A stretch of 64,000 nt of DNA from Macrostomum lignano (lineage: Eukaryota). Below, piece after piece: positions 1 through 37,900 of this stretch (positions are counted from its first letter, which is position 1; each line of letters begins with the position of its first letter). The DNA lies in the NCBI GenBank assembly GCA_002269645.1, contig NIVC01001342.1, positions 246,325 to 310,324 of the forward strand, written 5' to 3'. Position numbers and translations under genes: made by a program. The notes under the pieces were generated by a model that worked only from the letters and a program-made list of their open reading frames with translations, did no database searches and had not been told where the DNA came from.

Positions 1-120
1 TCATCTCAGCGTGAAACGACCCGGATCTCAATATGTAAGACATGTTAATGCGGCATGCTTTTTCCAGAAAAGCTACCAATTATCAAATTCTAGGAAATTA
101 AAAATTAAGCCTGTTAGTGT

Positions 121-121
121 G

Positions 122-158
<37 letters not shown>

Positions 159-181
159 GTCTGCCTGTCTTAGTGTCTTAG

Positions 182-216
<35 letters not shown>

Positions 217-287
217 GTCTGTCTTAGTGTCTGTCTGTCTGTCTGTCTTAGTGTCTGTCTCTGTCTGTGTCTGTCTGTCTGTCTTAC

Positions 288-350
<63 letters not shown>

Positions 351-602
351 GTCTGTCTGTCTGTCTGTCTCTGTCTGCCTGTCTTAGTGTCTGTCTGTCT
401 GTCTGTCTGTCTTAGTGTCTGTCTCTGTCTGTGTCTGTCTAGTGTCTGTCTTAGTGTCTGTCTGTCTGTCTGTCTTAGTGTCTGTCTCTGTCTGTGTCTG
501 TCTTAGTGTCTGTCTGTCTGTCTTAGTGTCTGTCTCTGTCTGTCTCTGTCTTAGTGTCTGTCTCTGTCTGTCTCTGTCTTAGTGTCTGTCTGTCTGTCTT
601 AC

Positions 603-649
<47 letters not shown>

Positions 650-847
650 GTCTGTCTGTCTGTCTGTCGCTGTCTGCCTGTCTTAGTGTCTGTCTGTCTG
701 TCTGTCTGTCTTAGTGTCTGTCTCTGTCTGTGTCTGTCTAGTGTCTGTCTTAGTGTCTGTCTGTCTGTCTGTCTTAGTGTCTGTCTTAGTGTCTGTCTGT
801 CTGTCTTAGTGTCTGTCTCTGTCTTAGTGTCTGTCTGTCTGTCTTAC

Positions 848-922
<75 letters not shown>

Positions 923-1132
923 GTCTGTCTGTCTGTCTGTCTCTGTCTGCCTGTCTTAGTGTCTGTCTGTCTGTCTGTCTGTCTTAGTGTCTGTCTCTGT
1001 CTGTGTCTGTCTAGTGTCTGTCTTAGTGTCTGTCTGTCTGTCTTAGTGTCTGTCTCTGTCTGTGTCTGTCTTAGTGTCTGTCTGTCTGTCTTACTGTCTG
1101 TCTCTGTCTTAGTGTCTGTCTGTCTGTCTTAC

Positions 1133-1191
<59 letters not shown>

Positions 1192-1214
1192 GTCTGTCTG
1201 TCTGTCTGTCTTAG

Positions 1215-1253
<39 letters not shown>

Positions 1254-1260
1254 ATGTCTG
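121..1260. repeat. (TCTG)n microsatellite with CTTAGTG interruptions
   Basis: Direct inspection; in a Piezo intron. Confidence 0.98.
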
Positions 1261-1279
1261 CCCACCCGCAGGCACACAC

Positions 1280-26112
<24,833 letters not shown>

Positions 26113-28225
26113 TCTGTTGACAAATTCTGTTTAATGACTCAATCCATTTCTACCTGACAATTGGCCAGAAATTGGAGCAATTAAATTATGGAATTAAAGT
26201 AATGAAATAGAATCATTGTTTTAGAATCTTCTAGCAGTTAAAAAATTATTTTTAATAATTAAAACAAAAATAGAAACTTTTTGTCAGGATTAGCTTGGTT
26301 GATTAAAGCAAACTGGTTTATGTGGAAAAATATTCACTTTAGAAAGTCTAGATTAGTAAATTTATATTTCTAGACATTTCTACAATCTTCTGTCTTAAAT
26401 AATTTCCTAATAAGAAATCTTAATTTTACTTCTATTAATAAAATTTTACCAATTAAATTTCTAACTAGTCGATTTCATGATAAATAACAATATAAATTAA
26501 TAATACTATGATAGACCTACAAACAAAATTATTAGATAATAATGTTTGCTAACATTGGTGGCAATATAGACTAAAGGTACTAGGATCTACTTTCACCTTT
26601 ATTTACTATAAGCTAGGACATTTTGATTGATAGCTTAATATTAAAAGTTAATATTTGACATGTAAACTGACTGATTACACAAGTGGAACTAAAGCTTAGT
26701 GATCTAGCATAGCACTCTTATGTGCTATTAGCTTAGGCTGGATTCTAAATATAGTCTCATTAATTTAGAGCTGAATTTGAATCTTGGCTTTGATCTACTT
26801 ATGCAAATTAATGCTGCTCATTTTGCAGACAGGTAATAAACCCCCTAATGCATAGTGAAAATCCCTACTATTAAAAGACTAATAAAAATGAAAAAAACAT
26901 TATTTGAACATAAAAGATGAATTGAAAAATTACTAAGATGTCAAGTCTTCTAGGGGGGGGATTACTAAAAATATATCTAAAAAATATAACTAAAAATAGT
27001 GTTGGATACCAGTCTGTTAATAAGCATTAATCCATTAATAAGTGTTGATAAAAGTTAAGAATTTTTGTTAATGCTAACAGACTGCCCTTAAGATTTTTTG
27101 CACTAATGGATTAACAAATTTGCATCAATAATTTTGTGAGCTAATAACAAATTCATCTATTATTGTTAATGTCAATGGCAATGTCAATGACCAAAGACAC
27201 AAAGAAAGAACAAAAATATAAGTCTAACAAGAAGTTGCAACATTACAAATGTATTCAAAATTATCTAAGTGCCTAATAATTCTCTTAGCTTATGATGATG
27301 GTCACGCAAATGTAACAACTTCTTGTACATAAAAATTAATTGCTTTGATTCACTTCTTTCCCAATCTTTTGTAACTTTCTGCACCTGCACTTGCAATGCT
27401 ACTGAAATACTGATTTGTATTTTATTAATAAATAATTAGCTTTCAAGTTAATTAGTGTCAAAATAAATTTTACTTCTTTTACAATATGGCATATACTTCT
27501 TTTAGTAGTAGGCCCTATTATTCTTACATTTTTTTACAATTATTATGTATTACTTTTTTAGCTTGTAAATTGCTTAGATGACCCCTGTGTTTTGCTAAAA
27601 AGATGGAAAAGCAAAAACAGTACATTATGATATCTGTTTTGGAAAAATTGCAAGATTTTTATATTTTCTATGCTAACTTTAATGGATTAAAACCACAGAT
27701 ACTAAAATAACTAGATAGGCCACTAAGGCATATATATTAAGTAAAACAGCTTTCTACTTTTAGTTCAATAGCAATAGCAAAGAAAGCATATATAAGCTTA
27801 TTGTATAAAAAAGGTGGCTGAAATGGCTTTGATAAGTTTAGAAGTCCAAGCTTGCAAGTATCAGCAACTTGCTAATTGGTTCAGCAATAATGTATATTAG
27901 CCAGTCCACTAAAAATATATTTTTAGCAGCTTTATGTTAGAAGTCTAAAAAAGGCAATAATTGAATAAAAATTGAGGTAGGCAAGTGGGGGAGATTGAAC
28001 ATACTATTGAACTGAAAATAGCTTATACCCAAATGCTTAGGCCCTATCATATAAAGTATAAAAAGCATCATGTCAAAAAAGAAGTATCATGTTTTAGTTA
28101 TGTCAGTGTCATAACATAGTCATAGTCATGTCAAGTTTTAATAGTTTGAAAGGCAACATATATGCTAGGATTTCCTAGTATACAACAAGGGTCTTACCAT
28201 TTTTCAGCATATATCAGGATATATC

Positions 28226-28522
28226 TAGGCATTCCAATCCTAGGATCCCGGGATTTAGCCTCAAAACATGGGATTTCAATCTTGGGATTTTTTGGGACTT
28301 GAAATTTTAGGATTTATGATCCTTGGGATTACAACAGTGTGGGATTGCGATCCCGGGATTGTAAGGCTTAAATTCCAGGATTGTTTTGGGATTCAAAGCG
28401 GGATCCCGGGATTACTCTCAGTTAGGATTTTCCGGGATTAGTGATCCCAGGATTTTAAACCATTGGGATTTTAGGATTTTTTAATCCCAGGATTATAAAT
28501 TGTCAGGATTTTGGAATCCCTA
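28226..28522. mobile_element. hAT-type MITE with 8-bp TSD GATATATC
   Basis: Ends taggcattcca / tggaatcccta; GATATATC at 28218-28225 and 28523-28530; interior packed with GGGATT/GGATCCCGGG subterminal motifs. Confidence 0.8.
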
Positions 28523-30595
28523 GATATATCCTGGCGTATATCCCTAGATACATTGTGTGTGTCAAATGCCATTTTTTGTATTGGCATATAAACCTGGCAT
28601 AAAAACAAGGTCTTATCATTTTTTCCAGCATTAAACCTGGCATATACTAATACACAATCCAAACTGTGGCCCAATTGTACTGAGTAGCCTATCTAATTAT
28701 TCTAGTATCTACACATGATTAACACTCATTAACAGGGCCCAACACTGAAGATATCAAAGCTTATAAAAAGGAATTATTACAATAGGATTTCTTTGGCTTT
28801 GATTTATGATCCTTTTTTCACCCACATTTTGGTAAAAAATTGATGATAATCCCTAAGTAATTTGCTACTTTAATGATCATGGCTTGCTCCAAATAAGCAA
28901 AAGTTAATAAACTAGGCCTAAGCTTATATGTTTCACTAGAAAAATTGAACAGAATAGTACCACTAAGCTAACCTAGTTTTTCCTCTGGCATAGCAATGCA
29001 TTGACTATCAAAAAATCCTAGCATACAAATGACCTTCTTCAAAGTTGGCATACATATTTCAGCATACAAATTATGCCAATTTTTAATGTACGAATTTTGG
29101 CACACAAAAATACACAAATTTTGGAGAGCAGTACATTTTAACATAAATATTAACATATTTTCATAAAATTAAGAAAAAACTTAAAAGGCTAAAATATTCC
29201 TTATTAAGTTATTATACATAGCTTTACTTGAAATACTAAATTAAATAAAAACAAATCAAATTCAGGATAAATGGAACTGCTTCCAAAAAGTATGTATTAA
29301 TATTACATCTTGGATGCTTTGCTTGTTGTTTAAATGTACAGTCTACTAAATTAGCCATTGCGCAATTCTACGAAAGCTTGCATTTTGAAATCGTAAAGTA
29401 TTAAAACAAAGCACTTCTACTTTGTTTATCATGTACTAAATTACTCACACTAGCACACGAAAGCGCTGTCTGAATTATACTACCTAATTACATATAGAAA
29501 GCGCTACATGCACATTTCATTGCTAGAGCGACTAACGTAGGATGCAATCCTTCCAACACGAGATTAAATAATTCCTTCAGCTCGTTATGCTAGAATTATA
29601 GCCATGTACCATAGTGCACATATATTCTCGTTATAAGGACACTTGTATACTTGCTTTTCGCACTCTCGTAAACTGTTTCAGTCACTGACTTGTATACATT
29701 AACTTAATAAATGGTAAAGTTTTTTAAATATAGTATAGCATGATAAGCCGACGGTTGGAATAATTTTTTTAGTTTGGTGAATTTAAATTCAAATTGATGA
29801 CTAGTGAGTAGGTAGGTCATTACTTAACCGGTATGAGACGTGTTCCCGCAATCCAATAGTAAAAAAAGCGAAGCCAGTGAAAGAAGCAGGCAAAACAGCC
29901 TGGGTTTTTATCTCTCACAATTCACTGCAGGCAGTGCAGTTAAGTTCAAGAGCTGACAAAAATTGCGGAAAAATACAGCGCACACTAACACCTGCTCTGG
30001 TCTATCTCATTGACTCCTCAATTCTGTCTGTCTTTCAGTTCTCTATCTCGCCAGCCAGGGCATCAAGCCGGATAAGCACTTGCGGCAGAATCAAGCAATT
30101 AATAATCGCATATGATTAATAAGAACACATCGGTTAGGGGAGGGGGCCAAGGGGCAGCGCAGAAATCCAAACGCAGGAAGCTGTAGTCGCGAGCTAATTA
30201 TAATATTATAATGTTATAAAAACTGGAAATGATCAGTTCAAGGAAGGAACGGGCATAGATGTTAATAAGCAGGCATTTTATCGAATAGTTTGTTGCAAAC
30301 AGAACAGCAAACCAAGCAACACTGCGTTAAAAAGCCCCGCTAATGCCAGTTAAGAATGGGTGTTAATTACGTAAATAATAAAATAGTATAAAAAGCAAAA
30401 CAGGCAACTGTCGCACCCACCCCCAAAACGAACCGAAAATAAATGTGCTTGATATGTAGAAATGTACTTTTCAACTCAGATAGCCGAATGGGGACTGGTT
30501 GGCTGAACTTACAAGCAAAACCCTGTTTGTGGACTGGCCTGGACACGCCGGGGGCACCGCCTTCACTCTGATGTTCAAATATTTAATCACAGCTT

Positions 30596-31503
30596 AATTA
30601 ATGAGCTGGCTGACTCATATTTATTAATGAGCTGGCTGACTCATATTTATTAATGAGCTGGCTGACTCATATTTATCAATGAGCCGGCTGACTCATATTT
30701 ATTAATGAGCTGGCTGACTCATACTTATTAATGAGCTGGCTGACTCATATTTATCAATGGGCTGGCTGACTCATATTTATTAATGAGCTGGCTGACTCAT
30801 ATTTATCAATGAGCTGGCTGACTCATACTCGTATTTATCAATGAGCTGGCTGACTCATATTTATCTATGAGCTGGCTGACTCATACTTAATAATGAGCTG
30901 GCTGACTCATATTTATTAATGAGCTGGCTGACTCATATTTATCAATGAGCTGGCTGACTCATATTTATTAATGAGCTGGCTGACTCATACTTATTAATGA
31001 GCTGGCTGACTCATATTTATCAATGGGCTGGCTGACTCATATTTATTAATGAGCTGGCTGACTCATATTTATCAATGAGCTGGCTGACTCATACTCGTAT
31101 TTATCAATGAGCTGGCTGACTCATATTTATCAATGAGCTGGCTGACTCATATTTATCAATGAGCTGGCTGACTCATACTCGTATTTATCAATGAGCTGGC
31201 TGACTCATATTTATCAATGAGCTGGCTGACTCATACTTAATAATGAGCTGGCTGACTCATATTTATTAATGAGCTGGCTGACTCATATTTATCAATGAGC
31301 TGGCTGACTCATATTTATCTATGAGCTGGCTGACTCATATTTATCTATGAGCTGGCTGACTCATACTTATTAATGAGCTGGCTGACTCATTTAATAATGA
31401 GCTGGCTGACTCATATTTATCAATGAGCTGGCTGACTCATATTTATTATTAAGCTGGCTGACTCATTTATTAATGAGCTGGCTGACTTATATTTATTAAT
31501 GAG
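30596..31503. repeat. ~26-bp minisatellite with TGACTCA in nearly every unit
   Basis: ttattaatgagctggctgactcatat, about 34 units (900/26). Confidence 0.97.
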
Positions 31504-31998
31504 CTCTAGGCTACCTTTATAAGTGCCACGGGATCTGCCACCCTGCAGCTGGGATTTCAGATAAATCTGGGAGAAACCGTAGAAGTTAAAAAAAGCTGAA
31601 ACGCGCACAAAATTAAGAGGAGAATGCGGGCAAGCCGGAGCCAGGAAGCCGGCATACTCGATGCAAGTTCCGCCACTAGAGCCTCAGTCACGCAAGGCCA
31701 GGCCCAGCCTCCGGCACGCAAACTGACCGATGCAGGCACAGAAAAAATTTGAAGCCAAAATGGTTGAGAATGGGGCAAAATATAACTAAATAACGGGGGG
31801 GGGGCAGCGGGGAGCGAATGAGCGCACAGACGGAGCGTGGGTCATCGGAGACAGAAAAAGCGCGGGGAGCGGCTAGAAAATAAGAGAAAACGAGCACAAA
31901 AACACGCCGGACACTCCGCAGAGCGCTGTTTAGGTCAGTATCCGGGTGGGACGCCCGGGCCACAGACGCCCGTCAGTTGCGGAGGCCCGCCCGGCCGC

Positions 31999-34900
31999 TC
32001 ACTTCAGCGCCGGGAACTCGGCCGCGTCGTCGACGCGGATGTTCGCCGCCCTGGCGCCGGCGGCCGACTGCGGCGGTCCCGACGCGCGAGCACCGCTGGC
32101 GCCGGCGCCGCTTTCGCCTCCGCGCCCGCCGCGGCCGCCGCGACCGCCGCGACCACCGCGACCGCCGCCGCGACGACGGCCCTCGTCGAAATTGGCCTGC
32201 GGGTTGTTGACGTTCACGTAGAAGTTGGTCTCAACCTCCGGCTTCTTCACGATGAGCTGGGCGGCCGTGGCCTCGGCCTCCTCCTCGTCATCGGACTCCT
32301 CGTCGGCGATGCGCTGCTTCCTGTAGGCGGTCATCTCCTTGAAGCCGGAGGTGTCCACCTTGCGGCCGGCTTTGCCAGCGTTGGCCTGCAGCTTCGAGCG
32401 GTCCTCGGCCTGCTGGCGGCGCCACTCCTCCAGCGTCATCATGGCCTTGGGCGCCGGCTGGTCCTCGCCAGCGGCCTCCTGGTCCACGGCCTCGGCCCAG
32501 TCCTCCTTCACGGCCGGCTCGGCTGGGGCGGCTCCGTCCTGCAGCTGCTCCCTGTGGTGGAATTTACAGTGCAAATATAATAATAGTGCAAAGCTCAACT
32601 GCAATCGCATACTACTAACAGTAGAGTCACTGCCATAGGCTCAAAACTTGTATACTTTTCTTGCAGCTTTCACTAGAGGGGAACTGCATTGCTGCGGTCC
32701 AGACGGAACAGAGGGGAGAGAAGAGGATAGAGGGTTTGAAAGCCGAGAGAAGAAGTTAAAAGTGAGAGACGACGATGAGAGGAGAGATGCGAAGGCGCAA
32801 TCCCTGAACGGGCCAGATAGAGAGGCTTTGCGGGCCGGAGTTTGCCGACCCCTGCTTTATTAAAGCCTCTAAAAATGTATCCAATTTAACGTGTTTTATC
32901 CTATACGCGTCTCTCTGCTTTCAAAGAGGACCGAACGCCTGCGGACTCACTCGAGGTCGTCCTTGACGGTGCCCCAGTTGTGAGCGCCGGCGCCCTCGCG
33001 CTTATCGACGGGTTTCACGCCGGTGGTGGCCGAGCCCGAGTGCCGCTCGTATTCGCGACCGCGGCCGCGCTGGGCTCCGCCGGCGCCGCCGAAGCCGCCG
33101 CGACCGCCGCGTCCACCGCGACCGAAGCCGCCGCGTCCGCGGCCGCGCGGCCTGCCGTCCTCGCCGACAACCGGAGCTCCGGCCTCCTCGTCGCCGGCCA
33201 CCTCGGCGGCGCCGCCGGCGTCCGTGGGCGCCTCCCGGTTGGCAGCAAAGCCGCCAAAGCCACCGCGGCCGCGACCGCGACCACCAAAGCCGCTGCCTTG
33301 CGGGCGATCCTCGCCGGCGCCGCCCTCCTCGCCGCCAGCGGATTCGCCGCGCGGTCCGCTAAAGCCGCCGCCGCGGCCGCGTCCAAAACCGCCGCGACCT
33401 TCGCCGAAGCCGCCACGTCCGCGACCGCGACCTTCGCCGCCGCCAAAGCCGCCGCGACCCTCGCCGCCGCCAAAGCCGCCGCGACCCTCGCCGCCGCGCC
33501 CGCGGCCCCGGCCACCGAAGCCGCCACGGCCGCCTTCGCCAGCCTCGCCGCCAGCGTCGCCAGTGGACGGCCGGGAGCCACCAAATCCGCCGCGACCGCC
33601 GCCGCCGCCGCCGCGCCCGAAGCCGCGGGGCCGATCCTGGGCGCCAGCCTCTCCACCCGAGGGCTCGTTGAATCGTGGGATGGCGCTGCGATCTGTCAGG
33701 CGGATAAGATTGATGCCAATGCAAGCAGTTGCACTTTTACAATCGCAGCGATGTGATCTTAGAAGAGTGTGTTAAGTAGTTGAAGGATGTGTTAAGTAGC
33801 AGAAGAATGTGTTAAGTAGTTGAAGGATGTGTTAAGTAGTTGAAGGATGTGTTAAGTAGTTGAAGGATGTGTTAAGTAGTTGAAGGATGTCTTAAGTAGT
33901 TGAAGGATGTGTTAAGTAGTTGAAGAATGTGTTAAGTAGTTGAAGAATGTGTTAAGTAGTTGAAGAATGTGTTAAGTAGTTGAAGAATGTGTTAAGTAGC
34001 AGAAGGATGTGTTTAGCCCAGCAGGATTATTGGCACAGAATAACTATATAGGAATTAAATATTCCATAATTAAAATAATGGCAAATGTTAGCACCAATAT
34101 AAATTGTGCAGATTAAAGCAGTACATTAAATTGTCATAGTGCAATAAGATATTAATATATTATTTACTACATTGAACTAATACTAATTTACTAAGTATTA
34201 ATAATTCCATGTGCATATAACAATATTACTCATCTAGTGTATGCAATATAATTGTGCTTGGCCATAGGTAGAATTTTTATAGTTAAAACAGGTATGTTTT
34301 CCCAAATCACTTCCAATAAAATAGAGTATATTCAATATAAAATAAAAAACTATTAACCAAATTTAAAAACTTATTATCTTTGAATTTAAATGGCTCACAA
34401 AATTTTAATATTTAAATTTATGATTTGTATAAACTATTTAATTTTTACTAAAAGGAAAAGAACAAGTTTATTTTAACAATTTTTATTTTTTACATTTAAC
34501 TTCTTAGAACAGTTGAACAAATTTTTTTAATATTTTTTTGTTAAGCTAATCTTTATTTATCAAAACTTAGCTACATTAACTATGTATATTGAGAGTGTGC
34601 CAAACTTGAACTTGAGAATTTTTGTACACCAATTGTATACATTGATTGGGACTTGGAGCTTTGGTCCCATCTACTATCTCAGAAATCTCTATATGCGAAG
34701 TTGCATATTAAAGGGTATGCCAGGCCCCTATAGTCCAGATCATACTGGGTGCATATGGAACTAAAATTGAATAGTTACAAATGCATGCCAAAAATAAGTG
34801 CTTGCCCACACTTTCAAATCTAGGCCAATGTTGAAACAATAAATGACTTTTTTGCATTGCAACAATATATAACTTTTTTGTATTGCATAAAAGACACTTT

Positions 34901-37900
34901 TCACTAATATGAGGGGTGTCCCAAAAGTTGGTGCACTTTTTTTCACTACAGCCTTTTCTGACTGATCAGAAATATCAAGTCTGTTGCAGTTGAAAATAGA
35001 ATTATCTGCCCATTAAAATGACTTTCTCTTTATTTCTGTATCTGCTAGCATTCTTAAGATATGAGCACTTTTTTGCCCCACCCCCTGTGCTACTTTTACA
35101 AATTGCCATAGACCAAAGCTTTGTATCTGAATCTGATGCATGAAACAACAAAACATTCATTGAATCAACAAAACATCTGCAACATGAAAGCTGAGGAAAG
35201 AACAGTCAAAGTTAATCATCAACATTGTCCTGGGGCTTCTCCATATAGTCATTACTGTGCTGCACACTTCTGCCATTGGCTGTGCATGTTGTCAATGGCA
35301 TCAGCAATAGCATAGACAAATTTAGGCATTGCTTGGCACTGATGCCAGACTGACAGTTTGTGAGATTGCAGATGTGCTCAGCAGTCCAAAGTCCACTGTT
35401 CCACTGCACAATGACTGAGGATTTAGAACTGTCAAAGATCTCGGCCCACTAGGTACTGCGGCTCCATACCTTCTATGCCACAACAATGCATATCCCACAT
35501 GGCCAAGAAAACAGAAGAGACAATTGAGCAGGCAAATTTTGTGCTGCTCTCACTGCCACCCTACTCTCCAGATTTGTCAATAGCTGACTGCATTCTTACC
35601 TAAGAGGAAGAAGCTGCTGCATGGATGAATCTTTGCTTGTCATGGGAGTCTGGAAGCATTGACTTGCCAAGTTCTCCTTCATGAGATGCTGCACTCAGAT
35701 TTTGCTGATTGATAACATTGACAACATGAATAGCCAATGACAGAAGTGTGCAGCACAGTAATGACTATGTGGAGAAGCCTCAGGACAATGTTGATGATTA
35801 ACTTTGACTGTTCTTTCCTCAGCTTTCATGTTGCAGATGTTTTGTTGATTCAATGAATGTTTTGTTGTTTCATGCATAAGATACAAAGCTTTGGTCTATG
35901 GCAATTTGTAAAAGTAGCACAGGGGGTGGGGCAAAAAAGTGCTCATATCTTAAGAATGCCAGCAGATACAAAAATAAACAGAAAGTCATTTTAATGGGCA
36001 GATAGTTCTTTTTTAACTGCAACAGACTTGATATTTCTGATTGGTCAGAAAAGGCTATAGTGAAGAAAGTGCACCGACTTTTGGGACACCCTTGTAATTT
36101 GGTTGCTTATTTTTCTTTTTTGTCAATATTACTTTAAGTAGAAAATCAATATGCACAAACATTTGTTTAAATGCCTCATTATAAGCTTAAAAATAGAAAG
36201 CTTGAAATTTACATTAAAAAAGAACTTTTTTAACTTTTTCCACTTAACACTAAACTCTTCCATATGATTCTATGAAGTACACACTAGGTGTATATATACT
36301 ATTTTCTTAGGAGCCAACTATATTTGCCTAACTTTTGGTATACAAAGCCAATGCTTGCCCAAATTTTTGGGTATATTACATGATCCAGAATGTAGCCAGG
36401 CCCTTTTGTATACCAATTTGTATGCCAATGATGTATACCAGATCTCTTTGCATATCAGAAAATCCTGGCATATATGTATACTATCTAGAATCTGGTATAT
36501 ATTAAAACCAATATATTATTTTTGGTATAGTAAATATATGAAAAGGCATATAATGGGTCATTCCACAAGAGGGTCCCATCATGTTTTTGAACTTAAAGCA
36601 CTTGTAACTTTTGAACCACAATAGATGGAACAAAGCTTCAAGTATCAGTCTGTGTCAAACTTCTAGTTTTATATATTTCACATAGCTGCTTATGAATTCT
36701 AAACAACTGAACACATATCAGAGGCATAAACTATGCTGATGGTCATTTAACAAGTTACAAGTGCTTAAAGTTCAAAAACATAATGGGACCTTTTCGTAGA
36801 ATGACCCTAATAAATATCATTATAGCATGCTTATGCCACTTTTTAGCATGAAATCTAAGCACAGATGGGCAATTTCAAGGTTTTTTTACTCTAAATGCAA
36901 TAATTATTCCACACTCCAGATAATATATCCAAAAATTTGGGCAAGCATTGGCTTTGCATGCCAAAAGTAGGTATGCACAGTTGATGTGCATCACTCCTAA
37001 GAAAATAGTGTATGTGCACACTTGGCATGCACCTTATAGAACAAATTATTAGCTAAAAAGGGTCCATTACGAAACTTGTATAGATTTAAGATGAAGTATG
37101 TACTAATTTTTTTGGTGTGCATTTGTAATTATTCACTTTTTGTTTAGGTATGCACCGCACCTAGCATGATCTAGACTATGTTAATTATTTGGGTATTTCT
37201 ACCAAAATGGAACACAAAGTGTCCACCTTAAAACTGAAAAAATATAAGTACTGCAAAACTTTATTAGACGAATACAAATAATACAACAGCAATCATGACA
37301 TCTACAAAAAGCACAAAAAATGCTTTATAGTGAAGTATTAAATTGTTAAATAGCTATAAATGTTCTTAAACAACATTTAATACCATACAAATTAAAAAGA
37401 TAAATGTTGCAAAGGCGATACTTATAGGCTTCAATCAACTTTTACAATTACAATATACATATATGTAGTTTGGATGTTTTATAAATTTTGATAGAAAATG
37501 ATTAATTTAAAAGACGAATAAGTATAAAAAGGTCTATATGACTGCTTAACATTTTTCAATGTGAAAAAATGTCTTAGATATGTTATTGACTCCAATATTC
37601 ATTGTCAAACTAATTTCTCAACAATGCAATATGCTAGAAAAGCAACAAACCACTTATTAGAAAGCTTAGAATGAGTCGATTCATTTAATGAAAAATTGGT
37701 CCTTACACATTGTATGTTAGATACTTTCGGGTTTTGTAGAAACATTTTCAATGTGATATGGTTGTTTCAGGTATAATTTGTCTAATTTTTAGCAATGCAA
37801 TATGTTCAAAAAAAACAACTAAACACTTATTACAAAGCTTGGACACAGGGTTTTTTGTCTATAACTTAGGTGTGATTTCACACCCTATGCTAGATTTTAG

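Noticed and set aside
1-95. Possible next Piezo exon (FLEKACRINMSYILRSGSF)
   Set aside because: It needs a phase-1 entry while the upstream exon ends in phase 0, and the expected cap-domain segment is missing. Left unassigned.
181-1277. Long SVCL/TDRQ-repeat ORFs (also 18804-19289, 22015-22785, 48404-49987)
   Set aside because: They are stop-free translations of (TCTG)n microsatellites lying inside GT-AG introns.
28198-28210. Alternative Piezo first exon MLKN G|GTAAGA
   Set aside because: The phase fits but it sits in repeat-derived sequence beside a MITE; the 64-nt exon at 26049-26112 supplies TM1 and is far better.
32648-32863. Charged plus-strand ORF in SERBP1 intron 2
   Set aside because: A purine-rich complement of a pyrimidine-rich intron; no splice or domain support.
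35121-35886. Mirror-image ORFs [12 protein letters not shown] on both strands
   Set aside because: They arise from the two long TIRs of the mariner derivative, not from genes.
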